Shown here: positions 22,391 through 33,598 of the stretch, piece by piece
Numbering within the stretch: the first letter of the stretch is position 1
Layout of the letters: every line of letters starts with the position of its first letter
Source: Seison nebaliae
Lineage: Eukaryota
Direction: 5' to 3'
DNA length: 35,425 bases
NCBI GenBank assembly: GCA_023231475.1
Contig: JALJEE010000769.1
Coordinates: 1-35,425, forward strand
The notes under the pieces: generated by a model
Database searches by the model: none
Seen by the model: the letters and a program-made list of their open reading frames with translations, nothing else
Told to the model about the DNA's origin: nothing
Translations under genes and position numbers: made by a program

Positions 22391-24458
22391 ATGAGAGATA
22401 AAATAATTCTTTTCTTTTTTACTTTTATAACATTATCTTATTCAGTCAAGTATGATATAGTAAAAATCGATCGAGATATCCAAAATGCCGATATTCAATT
22501 CGAACTTAAATTTACAGGAATATCAGATCGATATCTCCTATTTGGACTCTATAACGATGACATATCATTGATTATGGGAGACATCTTTCTGTTCGACACT
22601 ACGAAAAAAGGAAGAAAAAGTTGAAAATTTTAAAAATCTTTTCATTTTATAATTAACCGTTTATTTAAGATTTTAATGATTATTATTTAGATAATGATTA
22701 CAAAATGCATAAAGAAAAGAATATAGATTGGAAATTAATTTCATACATTACTGAACCGGATAGTAAATCGTTCATTTTGAAGAGATCAATGATTACTTGC
22801 GACAAATATGATTTGGATATAAAAGTTTCGATTCTATTTTGAATTGGTTATTGTTTAATTATTGAGGGAAAATCAGTTTGGCTCTAATGAATTTATCATC
22901 GGAAGTGGCAATGATATTAAATGGAATGATATTGAAAAATATTCGGTGAAAAGAATTCGTAAGTTTATTGGAAATACTCAAATTCCATTTTCAATCTCTG
23001 ATAATTATTTTAAAATGGAAGTGCAAATTAATATGGTTCGCTTATTAGACGTGAACAAAAGTTAAAACTTTCTTCTTTTCTGTCATATTTAGATTGAAGA
23101 TTCAACGGAAAATTATTGTAAACTCTTCAACATAGATCCTCAAATGATTACTTCAAACGGTTCTGGATTTCTATATGGAGTTACTAACTGATCTTTTACT
23201 GATGTAAACTGGAATATTTTTAGATACAAATTAATATAATAAACGAAAAATACCAAATGATAAATCTTGGAAATGAGCACAATGTTAAAAGTTTAACTAT
23301 TCACATATGTAACAAAAGTTTATCAGAAACAAATGTAAGATATTTCCAAGCAAACGGATTTCCGACTGATGGCGATTGTTCGTTAGTCGATCATTATTAT
23401 GATTATTGTAAGTATTTTACCTTGAATCATTGGGAAGGGAATTTTGAAGTTAACACATTGAAATACAGTTAATTTACTGAATATCTAGGAGTTCCTTATA
23501 GAAAAGGATAATTCCATAATTATTTCTGGTGAAACTTATTTATTTGTGGATGTCAAATTAAGAGACAAGTCGAAAAACCAACCAGGTTTTTCTTTATTCG
23601 TTCGTTGTTGTTCAATCATTTATATGAAGATATCGAAATAATTATGAAGTTTTATAAAGAACAAACTACAAATTTCATTTCACTGATGAATGTCAATTCT
23701 AATGAATGTTCTGTTGATGATTGCTTACCAACAATTATACCAAACGAATGCTTCGATCTTAGTATTTTTAGTACTAAATTAGTGGTCGATTTAGACGTTC
23801 TATTTTTCCTCAATAATTTTTAGAATTTAATAAATATCATGTTTAGGATGTGGACAACGTGAAAAACTTGAATTTCTTTGGAATGAAATCCATATCGAAC
23901 AGTAATTAATTTTTTTCTATAATGATGATTTTCTATAATTAATTTATAAATATTTTAGTGCCGAAAAATAGGTATTTCTTCAAATTTAATAAGGTGTCAA
24001 CCAACTGGAAGAAATATAAACTATTCTCTTTTGTGCAACATTCATATGATGAAACCAATTTATTTATTCGATTAAATAACACAATCAATTCATTTAGTCT
24101 ACAATCCATCATCTTCGATTATTCATCAATTTCTCATATTCCTCAAACCATCAATACTATTCTTTATATTCAACATCAAAATATTTTCAGTGAATCCTTC
24201 ATTTCTGCCACAACAAGTAATTATGATACAATATGTCACAAAGTTAATTTTCATATAATATTTAAATTATTTCTACTGCCTTCTAATTCGTAGCATAAGT
24301 CCAATCAAATTGAATATTACAAAAATTTATTTAATTCAAAAGACGTGGAAGCCAACTGTCAATTAGACATTAGAAGTCATGGTAATTGTAAACATAAAAA
24401 TTCTATTCTTTTATTTTCAATCGTTTTCACCATATTGTCCTTAATAATAAATTTATGA
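22391..24458 (+). CDS. DOMON + degenerate copper type II monooxygenase (DBH/MOXD1-like) protein, about 10 exons
   Basis: Signal peptide. DOMON-like LLFGL...GDIFLF...KRSMITCDKYDLDI, then TENYCKLFNI (cf. TTYWC.MF.I). C-terminal hydrophobic tail. Short frame-restoring introns, e.g. 22620-22669, 22825-22876, 23036-23092, 23180-23223. Confidence 0.65.
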
Positions 24459-24647
24459 AAAAATGTAGTATAGTGGATGTGAATAAACGACAAGAATATG
24501 CAAGAATAATTTATTCAATCATCAAATAATACTTGAATTGTGTTATTTGTTTCTTTGTTTTCCTTAAAATTTATAAAGAAATTGTTGAATTCAAGAATTT
24601 ATTGTAAAGTTTGGAAAGAAAGGATATATTAAATCAGGTCCCCTAAA

Positions 24648-25292
24648 ATGAAATTTATGTTTAAAATAATAATATTATTATTTACGGTTATAATTATTAT
24701 GGTTGTTTCAATCAAGAGATATTTAATACGAATCAATAACTTACAGATAATGAAAAATGAGAAGTTATGGGAAATTATAAATATGTTCAATATTATCTAT
24801 TTATCTTCTACTTTTTCCTCAATCTATGACCAGTGCACAATGGAAAATGAGAAGAATTATATACAGAAATTTATCTTCCGTACTCATTGTACAGAATTGT
24901 GGAGATTGGCAATTTTCTTCAACGAGAATAAATCAAAATTAAATTTGGATTACGAATTGATCGTGTCCAAATTCCATCGAAATCATACTTTCAGAGGTTT
25001 TGATGGAATACTTACAGAAACGTTAATTATGTTCTTAAATGAAAAAAACGGTTATAGAAAACGGCAATTTTCTGAAAATAGCACAAATAGTAATTATTCT
25101 AAAATATTTAATTTAACTTCTTACGTTATGAGAAATACTATTTCATCTTATAGTCTTTGTCCTGATCATATTATTTTCCACAACAGAGCCACACACCATG
25201 TATTCCATTTTATTACCATTTATAATTTAAACGAAACTTTTTTTCAACCATTCGACGAACATACTGCAGCTTCATTCTGCCATTTACTTTAA
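24648..25292 (+). CDS. Hypothetical protein with an N-terminal signal/anchor (214 aa)
   Basis: ATG ORF with the hydrophobic segment IIILLFTVIIIMVVSI. No family recognised. Confidence 0.6.
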   Translation: MKFMFKIIILLFTVIIIMVVSIKRYLIRINNLQIMKNEKLWEIINMFNIIYLSSTFSSIYDQCTMENEKNYIQKFIFRTHCTELWRLAIFFNENKSKLNLDYELIVSKFHRNHTFRGFDGILTETLIMFLNEKNGYRKRQFSENSTNSNYSKIFNLTSYVMRNTISSYSLCPDHIIFHNRATHHVFHFITIYNLNETFFQPFDEHTAASFCHLL

Positions 25293-25454
25293 TTTTTAAA
25301 TGAATTCATCGAATATTCAAGGAATTCATCATGATGGAAATATTACATTTAAATATTCGTACACAAATACTTACAAATGATCATTCAAATTACTTCTAAA
25401 AATTATTATTAATGTGTATGTAATGTAATATTAATCTCTCAAAATTCTTTTAAT

Positions 25455-25968
25455 ATGAATACTTCGACTGAGTGGGAGTACCAAAATTCTAAGGTTATTG
25501 ATGAGCGTGTGAAACCAGGGTCAGATGTTCTCTGCATGTACCGTTCATCTCAGAACGAACCAGGACAGGAAACCGATTCTCAAGATCTCCAACGCAACAC
25601 ACCAAGTACTGGAAATAAAAGAGAGAAACCTGAGAATTCCTCTCTGATCTATTGGATCACATTTGATACGATGGACTTTTCATCATATTTCGAAGAAATA
25701 AAGAAAATTGTATGAACTATCTATAATATAGTAAATATCTTATTTTTAGAAGTCTGGGTGGCTCTTATGTCCTAGACTCAACAGCAGTATGTGTCAGAAA
25801 TTTGGAAAAATATATTCGACTATTCACATCAAACCTATGTGGGAACCAATACATCCTTTAGGTTTGAGATTAGGTAAAAGTCTAATTTGCAAAGAACATT
25901 ACCAGGATTGCCTTGAACCATTAATGTATCGGAAGGCAATAATAACGACTTCGTCAGTACATTTGTAA
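25455..25968 (+). CDS. Hypothetical protein, 2 exons
   Basis: The 86-codon ORF joins a second open frame (KSGWLLCPRL...SVHL*) through a 40-nt GTATGA..TAG intron at 25710-25749. Confidence 0.5.
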
Positions 25969-26187
25969 AAAACAATTTGGTGTAAGGCGAGTTAAAATAT
26001 TCCAACATCAAAAAGAATCGGTTAAAATAAACTTTTTCTCATTTGTCGAATAATTCATGTCTAATTTTCTCATAAATATTGTTCTAAAACATAAAAGTCA
26101 GCTTTATCGAATATTACTCATTGGAAAAAAGTTTTAAAGGACAAGCTTCATCTGAAAATAATGGAGTATCGTACCCATCAGTAAACG

Positions 26188-26544
26188 ATGGTTTGTAATA
26201 AATGTGAGAAGAAATTGAACCGTTTAGCTACACCTGATCCATGGAAAGGTTCAAAGAAAGGAGGTACTCTATCAACTGGTGGTGGATCAGGTGGAGCTAT
26301 TACATCATCGAAAGTTATAAACGGAAATAAGTTATTATCGAGTAAAAATACACGATTTCATCCGTATGCCAAACCCTCGAAAGACAAACCGACATCTCAA
26401 TTCCGAAAATGTCGAATTTGTGCCGATTCTATCCATTTGACCGGTGCATATTACTGTCAGAAATGTTCTTATAAGAAAGGTATATGTGCCATGTGTGGAG
26501 CGAAAGTGTCGGAAATAAAAAATTATGTGGGTCGAACAGTGTGA
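26188..26544 (+). CDS. CRIPT: Cysteine-rich PDZ-binding protein
   Basis: MVCNKCEKKL..TPDPWK, NKLLS..RFHPY, CRIC...YCQKCSYKKGICAMCG, and a C-terminal T-V PDZ ligand. Confidence 0.95.
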   Translation: MVCNKCEKKLNRLATPDPWKGSKKGGTLSTGGGSGGAITSSKVINGNKLLSSKNTRFHPYAKPSKDKPTSQFRKCRICADSIHLTGAYYCQKCSYKKGICAMCGAKVSEIKNYVGRTV

Positions 26545-26651
26545 TTTCGTAATAAATTTTTTGTTCAATTTTGAAATAAAATAAATTTCCCAACATTTTC
26601 GATTTGGTTCGATCCAAAGCTAAAACATTTTTACTTTTCAATTAGTATTTG

Positions 26652-27367
26652 ATGGAGTATGTGGATGAAGAATATCATTTAGAGATCACTCCATCTACTC
26701 TTTATTTCGATAAGCCGGATGATGTTTTTGCGGGAAAATTCTTCATGAGAAATCTATGTCATGAATATGTCATTTGTCATATTAATTCAAATAATGAGAA
26801 TTATTTCATTTCTCCTCATCAATTATGCTTAGCAGTTTGTTCTTATATTATTCTTTAGTTGTCTAGATTCAAAAAATAGCCGATGAACAATTGTCAGATA
26901 ATAGTAGAAACTGAAGTTCTCATGCCACATAAGGATAAAATTGAAATTTTCTATAAGTTGACTAATGAATTCCAATCTCATAGTCAAATTAATTTAATTA
27001 TAATGAGTTCGATAATTTTGTCAAAACTTTTATTTATTAAAATCTATTGAGAATAGATGAGAATTTCCGATTATTCTCCAAATCACTAGATGTAGAAAGG
27101 AAATTCGATTATTTACTTACTGATGCATATCCAATAAATCGAAAAAATGATAAGTTTTCGAAAGAAATAGTTTATAGATCTGATTTGAACGTAAATCAAA
27201 ATAATTACAATGAGGAAGAATATCCAAGGACTCTGAATGAGATAAGCGATGTAGATAATAGTATGATTAACAAGCGGGAATTAAAATCGAATTTTGATCA
27301 TTTGAGAATGTGGGAAATGAATAAGAATCAGAATCGGAAAAAACCGGAAAATTTAGGCATAAGTTAG
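26652..27367 (+). CDS. MSP (major sperm protein/VAP)-domain-like protein, 3 exons
   Basis: LEITPSTLYF...FFMRN...V.CHINSNN..YFISP..CLAP...IIVE....KDKIEI fits the MSP Ig-like fold pattern. Introns 26835-26879 and 27007-27056. Confidence 0.55.
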
Positions 27368-27529
27368 TGGCCATTTTAGAAAAAGTTTATTCGTATAATC
27401 GATTTTGTTTAGCTAATAAAATTATGTGTATGGCGGATAATTTTGAGAAACATATACAGCAAAAATATGGATATGGAATCGGTAGAATATGTTAATCAAT
27501 TTTTTGATTCAATTTTTATAACCCTTCAA

Positions 27530-28228
27530 ATGAAACATTCTTATTCAGTTACTGTTCGAACAGTTTTGGCATTTCTTGGAGTACTTTTAGTCTCCATCAT
27601 TTTGGTCTTATGGGTGTTATTTACAATTAATGGTGAAGAAGATACTGGACATCCGTTGGGACCGGCTCGTGTTATTTTCCCTAATAGTTATATGGCCGGT
27701 TATGTACAACATGATTCAGCCCACGGTCATTATAAACAAAAAGAACCAAATACTCCACAAGATGTGTTGGTACATTTTGGTAAAAATGGAAATTCCGTTG
27801 CCGAGGTGCGTAAACCATATTGTAAACCAATTTGTAAACCATTTGGAAAAGGAAGAAATCATAGACCGTTTTGTACAAGTGGTTGTAGGAAACCTCATCC
27901 GACACCTTACGAGAATCCTGGTCCATGGTGTAAACCATATCCATGTCGAAAGAAGAGAGAAGATGCTCCTTATCTTGATGAAATATGTCGGATGAATTCA
28001 TTTAGATGTAACACAATTCAAAAAGTTCCTGATAATTATTATCATAAGACACCGAATAATGATTATCAAAATCGATATTTTCCCGGAAAACAATATCCAA
28101 GTAATCCAAGTCCTGAAGAATATGAGTCTCCCGTTTTTGATATAGAGAAAGGTATCGAATATCCTTCTAAATATAAAAAAGATCATATGTTCGATAGATA
28201 TGCTAGATATGAAACTCTCCAAATTTAA
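27530..28228 (+). CDS. Membrane-anchored or secreted Cys/Pro/Tyr-rich orphan protein
   Basis: Hydrophobic segment VLAFLGVLLVSIILVLWVLF, repeats KPYC-KPIC-KPFG, and an RKKR site. The start could be the upstream ATG within the ORF. Confidence 0.7.
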   Translation: MKHSYSVTVRTVLAFLGVLLVSIILVLWVLFTINGEEDTGHPLGPARVIFPNSYMAGYVQHDSAHGHYKQKEPNTPQDVLVHFGKNGNSVAEVRKPYCKPICKPFGKGRNHRPFCTSGCRKPHPTPYENPGPWCKPYPCRKKREDAPYLDEICRMNSFRCNTIQKVPDNYYHKTPNNDYQNRYFPGKQYPSNPSPEEYESPVFDIEKGIEYPSKYKKDHMFDRYARYETLQI

Positions 28229-28562
28229 TCATGAAAATTATCCGAATTTTGATTATCATTAAATCAAGAAAAGATTTAAAATCTCAATTTAGGAGTAGTA
28301 ATTGGACGTTAATATAACTTTTACTAACAACTGTAATATAACTCCTAATACCTAATACACAAATACTTCATAAGGACATCATCAAACTATTAATCACCTA
28401 TAGTCTATAAATTATAATCGAAACATTGATATGGAACCAAAATAATATAATATATTTGTACATTTTTCATAACCAATTAAATATCTTAATTAATTTTTTC
28501 TCTTTCATTTTCATTTTGTTTTACTGAAATATTAGCAATCTATAATTTTTGTGTAGCTTTAA

Positions 28563-29418
28563 ATGCGCTTCCGTAATAATCAAATAAAATATATTTCGTT
28601 CGAAACGAAACATCTGTACTTCGTTTATATAGACGAGAAGAAACTGTATAAAGCAATTTTGCCAATTGATAATCATTCAATTTTATCGAACTTCATAGGA
28701 AAGATCAGTTGCCCAAACAATAATGTTAGAATATATCCAAGTCCATTCAATCTTGAAGTTCCGTTCAATTTCAAATAAAAACGATTATATTCCAATTGCA
28801 AGTTTTCATCTTCAAGGCAAATCTCTTTCGAGACACCAGAGAAACCTTCTGATAAATTAAGAGTTATTATCAGATACGTTTGGAGGAAAAATGTAAGTAA
28901 TTTGGAAGAATGTTTTAAAGATTTGGAAAGTTAATTCGTTCTATTCGAAAACCAGTTTTTATCTAAACAATTCTTTATTTTTAGAAATCGGATTATATGA
29001 TGAGAGAATCCTTGATTTTCCTACCATTGTTTCAACTAATATTCAATTAGACACAACTTACGATTCCCAACGAAAATTATTTGGACAGATAGAATCGATA
29101 AGAAGTCAACCTGGTAACGTGAATACGAATGCTATTTGCGATCTATCGACGATCAAAAAATGGGAAACAGCAAATAATATCAATTGCAGTTCAGTTTTAT
29201 TTTGTGAATTAATTACTTTATTTGCAGGTAATCGGAAACATGGAAACAAAACTAAACAACCGGATCCAATAATTCCACGATTATTCCTCATATTTTGTGG
29301 GATAATACTGTTAATTCTAATAATTTATTTTACAAAAGAAATAGTTGATAAAGTATCAAAACCGTTATGTTTAACGGGGAGTCTCTATGGAACAAAAGAT
29401 TATTATGTCGATTCATGA
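28563..29418 (+). CDS. Hypothetical single-pass membrane protein (5' end uncertain)
   Basis: Frames are joined by introns 28758-28802 and 28930-28984. C-terminal TM segment LFLIFCGIILLILIIYF. Confidence 0.5.
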
Positions 29419-29517
29419 TCTTCTGAAATAATACATTCTATACAACAAATATTAAAGATAATTATTAAATTTAGTTTTTTTCCGATTATTTACATGTGAA
29501 AGAACGAAATGTTAAAG

Positions 29518-30141
29518 TTAAATATCTAAAAAATGCCATAACGCTTGTAATGTATACTGTCGGTTTTTCAATGAAGCACTTACCCTTAATCTTTGACTAG
29601 ATGGTGTAATACTTCTTTTGAATGCTCGTCGACAACCACCTACCGGTTGGAATAAACTTCGTGGTTCTAATCGTCTTTGTCTTTGATGAGGATAAATTGA
29701 ATTTAATGAACGAAATTTTTGATCTCCTGGTACAATTTCACAAGAAGCTCGTTTCAATCGAATCAATAATTTCTTCTTATAATGATGTACGCAACACAAT
29801 CCTGAACATCCATGTACGGAACCGCCAGCATTAGCCGGTGGTAATAATCCTAATTTCCTTTTAACAAAACAAGCATAAGCGTCGTATAAATGTTTGCGAC
29901 TGTATAATGATTGATATTTCTTCTTAAATTTTATCAATGGTGAATTGAAAATTTCGTCACATGAACAAACGCCATCACAAAGGCATGTGTGCTGAAATAT
30001 TTGACGTGATCTTCCCGTTAGTTCTTTCAGAACTCCCCACAATTCTAGAGAAGCATAAGTTTTTCTACAATCGACTAAATTGTCAAGTGTTATGGTGGAG
30101 AGAGATATTATTTCTATAAGAATTAGTAAGCGCATTTTCAT
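29518..30141 (-). CDS. Secreted Cys-rich protein, paralog A
   Basis: Signal peptide. Shares a CLC..CSC.EI..SPLIKFK..YQ.LYSRKHL..AYACFVK.KLG..PP.N core with 30945-31445. Confidence 0.8.
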   Translation of the reverse strand: MKMRLLILIEIISLSTITLDNLVDCRKTYASLELWGVLKELTGRSRQIFQHTCLCDGVCSCDEIFNSPLIKFKKKYQSLYSRKHLYDAYACFVKRKLGLLPPANAGGSVHGCSGLCCVHHYKKKLLIRLKRASCEIVPGDQKFRSLNSIYPHQRQRRLEPRSLFQPVGGCRRAFKRSITPSSQRLRVSASLKNRQYTLQALWHFLDI

Positions 30142-30449
30142 TTGAACGTTATGTTTTTGAATAATTTAATTTTCAGTTTTATTTTACAGTTTTAAAAGTT
30201 TAATTTATATAAGGTTTAATTTTTAGTGTATATTAATTATTATTATCGATTAATTACACCTACCAATTAATCAATGCAATTAATTACACTTGTCTCAATC
30301 GTAAGATTCAATTCAACCAATGAACTTACCAATCGGTTTCGTTTATTACCCAGATTGTCTACAGTGAACTCTCTGCATCCTTTAATTTCAAAACGCAACA
30401 TTCTGATTAAAAAGAATATTGAAGAAAATGATATCATGAACAATGAATG

Positions 30450-30759
30450 TCATTGAGATAAAGATTTCTTGGTTATTTCAAAACCATTTTGTAAATATTT
30501 AGGTTTTTGTGGAAATTTGTCTATTTCAAATGGGGTAAACGGAAGGTATCCCCGAAGTTTCTCTTTACTAAGCACCGTTCTCTCTTTATTGTCAGATTTG
30601 GTATTAAAAAAACTCGGGGATAGCTTCCTCTTTTTCACATTTTCTTACTGTTAAGAGAGAGAAACGTCGGGCATAATTTCCTACATTGTTCAAATGGTAG
30701 TATAAACTTTTTTCGACGTTTCGAATCAGAGCTTTCGTCACATCTTTAGATAAGTCCAT
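30450..30759 (-). CDS. Possible small 2-exon orphan gene
   Basis: MDLSKDVTKALIRN...AIP joins KEKLRGYLPF...SQ* through a 46-nt GTT..TAG intron at 30568-30613. No homology recognised. Confidence 0.3.
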
Positions 30760-30944
30760 CTTAATTATTCCGCGTTAATTTTGAAAAATAAATTTCGGAA
30801 ATTAAAATGATAAAAATAAAACCTAATTAATAAAACTTTCTAAAATAAAATTATAAAACCTAACATATATTTTATTTCCAGTTAAATTAACGCATTAAAA
30901 GAAATGGTGAAAGATGATAAGTGGAACAGCGTCCACAAAACCAT

Positions 30945-31445
30945 TTAATCGACATAAAAATATTTTTCATAATACAGACTGTAAATCGTTCGACAATCTT
31001 GTCCAAGACCCGGTAAGTAAATTTCTCTCTTTATCCTTTTATGTTGATAAAGCTGATAGAATTCATCATTTACATTATTTTCGAATGTGCAACGTGCACC
31101 TCTGTAATGCTTTTTACAACATAAACGCGATTTACCTACTAGATTTGTTGGTGGCATCTTACCCAATTTGGCTTTGACGAAGCATGCATAGGCATTGAAC
31201 AAATGTTTCCGACTATAAAGTGCTTGATATATTCGCTTAAATTTGATAAGCGGAGAACAGTAGATCTCTTCACATGAACATATCTCGCCGCAAAGACATA
31301 CACGTTGGAACATTTTACGAGATTTGGGTGTCAGTTTTCGTAATTCTTTCCAAAGATCTTTTGACGGTGATGAATGTTTTTTAGAAAATAATTGTTGAGG
31401 TAGTAAGATAAGAAAGGAGATTACCATTGATAATTCTGCGCGCAT
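30945..31445 (-). CDS. Secreted Cys-rich protein, paralog B
   Basis: Signal peptide and the same conserved core as 29518-30141. Confidence 0.8.
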   Translation of the reverse strand: MRAELSMVISFLILLPQQLFSKKHSSPSKDLWKELRKLTPKSRKMFQRVCLCGEICSCEEIYCSPLIKFKRIYQALYSRKHLFNAYACFVKAKLGKMPPTNLVGKSRLCCKKHYRGARCTFENNVNDEFYQLYQHKRIKREIYLPGLGQDCRTIYSLYYEKYFYVD

Positions 31446-31625
31446 TTTACTCAGATCTCCGTGAGTTCCTTATAAAAAATTTGAATCATATTTTTGTCGA
31501 ATCAAATTAATTAATCAGAAGAAGAATTTCAATCGAAACAGATTCCACTTTTCTTTCCTTTTTATATTAGAACCATATTTGGTATATATTGGATACTCAA
31601 TTTTAGTTAGATCAATTCATCTATT

Positions 31626-33446
31626 ATGGGAAATCGATTCTCTAGTTCGGACAATGATCGAAATATTGAAGATTATCATTCAGCCATGTCGTCCCGCAAT
31701 CAATTCTTTCACAATAATTTAGGGAAATATGCGGAAACATTCGGAATTAGTAGTGAAAGATTACTAGACATTTTCGAAACGGAAATCGGATTTTATGATG
31801 AATCTTGGCAAGGCATTAAACGCCATCAATGGACATTAGCGAACTGTTTGTCATTGTTTTCCAAACTCTTCCCCAATTCTTCACAAGTCACACGTCGTAT
31901 GTATTGCGAAAGAATTATCGGTTTATTTGACACACCATTCATTTATGATATTGCACCATATCAGGTAGAATTATTAGAAAAATTTCAAACTAAATCACAA
32001 TGTGCTGCTTTCCAAGATTATTTGAACAATAATTTAGATCGACGAATGATCAATCTGAATGAGAAAGAAAAAAGAATTGAACATATTCTCAAAATCAAAC
32101 GGATTCTAAGCGATAATTATGATATGGATAATATTGGGAAATTGAATAATTCAAATAAATTATCGGACGATGTCATGTTAGAAATCTATCCAACGAAAGG
32201 ACTTTATTCACTTAGACCCAATCTGTTAATATTAGCGAAGAATTGTAAGAGCCATCAAGAGGGAGATTTTGATGAAAATCAGGAGAGATATCGAATGAAA
32301 TTAGAATATGATTTGTTCAATAATCATTTCTTAAATTTCATAACTTTTCGAGAATTATTAATTGGACTAATTCTTATGAGTAATCATCACAATATCAATA
32401 TTAATGATATGGAGAACATTCAAAGTAATTCGATTTATTTAAGAAACTTTCAGAATAAGTTGGAAGCTGCATTCGATCTATGGGACACAGCAGATAAGAG
32501 ATATCTAACACCGAATGAATTTAACGCATTAATTTATGCAATTTATAAAATATCAGGACATGCTGATGGATATAGTTTTCATTATTCTTCTCTTTCGACT
32601 ATCTAATCTTTTTATTCAAAAATAATAGATATCAAATTTGCATCTCAATGTTATACAAAATGTGCGAAAGTAAGTGGAGAATTATGGAAGTTGAAACAAT
32701 TAAAACAGTTCCAGAAGAAAGATATGTCCACCAATTGTAGCGAACTGCCACCACCTTGTGAAAATCGTACTGAAACGGCGAGTGAACTCTTCGAAAATAG
32801 ATTTGCGACACCCAACGATGAAACTGATCAATATTACGAAGAAATTTGTGATAAGAAGGATTGTGTAACTAAAGATGAATTTATTCGACTAATTTTGAAT
32901 AATGTTTTCTTTCGAAGTATCTTAGCTGGTTTCGGTTCGATTCCCGATATAACAACTTATGGAGAAGGACATCTTATCATCGGAATGCCGCAAGATCCAT
33001 CCTATCCTACTTTGACTACACCGAAAAAGAAGAGTAAAATTCCTCATGAAGGAAGTGATAAAGTGTTTAAAGGACAACATCCAGTCTCTCGAATCAATAG
33101 TAGTAATACTTATCCAAACTTATATCCAGTGGAAGATTTGGAATTGGAAATTAGTGGAAAATTATCGAGTATTATGAAGACAGCGATGTGTAGTCAATTG
33201 GAATGGACTTCTCCAATGCATCATCAATTATCCGACGACTTTTATAAAAGTCCATTAAAGAAATTGATTAAATCCGCTTCTTATCGAGATAAATATAAAA
33301 CGGAGAATGCCTATTGGCATGATTTGTTGATTGATACAAATAAAAACCAATTGAATCGTGAATGTCGAGATAAAGTGAAAATAGGAGATATTTATTCCAA
33401 TATCGAAGTTAAAACGATCGATGTGAATAATAAAAAAGAAATTTAG
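31626..33446 (+). CDS. Expanded neuronal calcium sensor (recoverin/frequenin)-family EF-hand protein, 2 exons
   Basis: MGNRFS myristoylation motif. NCS-like segments LFP...YCERIIGLFD, ITFRELLIGL, KLEAAFDLWD..YLTPNEF..LIYAIYKISG and VTKDEFIRL. Intron 32575-32628. Confidence 0.75.
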
Positions 33447-33598
33447 AATTAACTTCCACTCGAACAATAAATAAATTTTTTAGATCGAATAAATTTTTTA
33501 CAAATATCAAATATAGTACAATAATTGTTAAAATATCGTTATCGATGATATATAGAGTTGGTTGAGAGAAAGAAATATGTGAAGAAAAATAAGAGAAT

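Noticed and set aside
27630..28222. Several overlapping alternative-frame ORFs over the CKP gene
   Set aside because: Expected by-products of a locally GC-richer coding region, with no independent signals.
30270..30452. TGA read-through (selenocysteine) linking the small minus-strand ORF to a further open frame
   Set aside because: It needs an extra assumed intron, has no selenoprotein motif or SECIS that I can see, and chance is a sufficient explanation.
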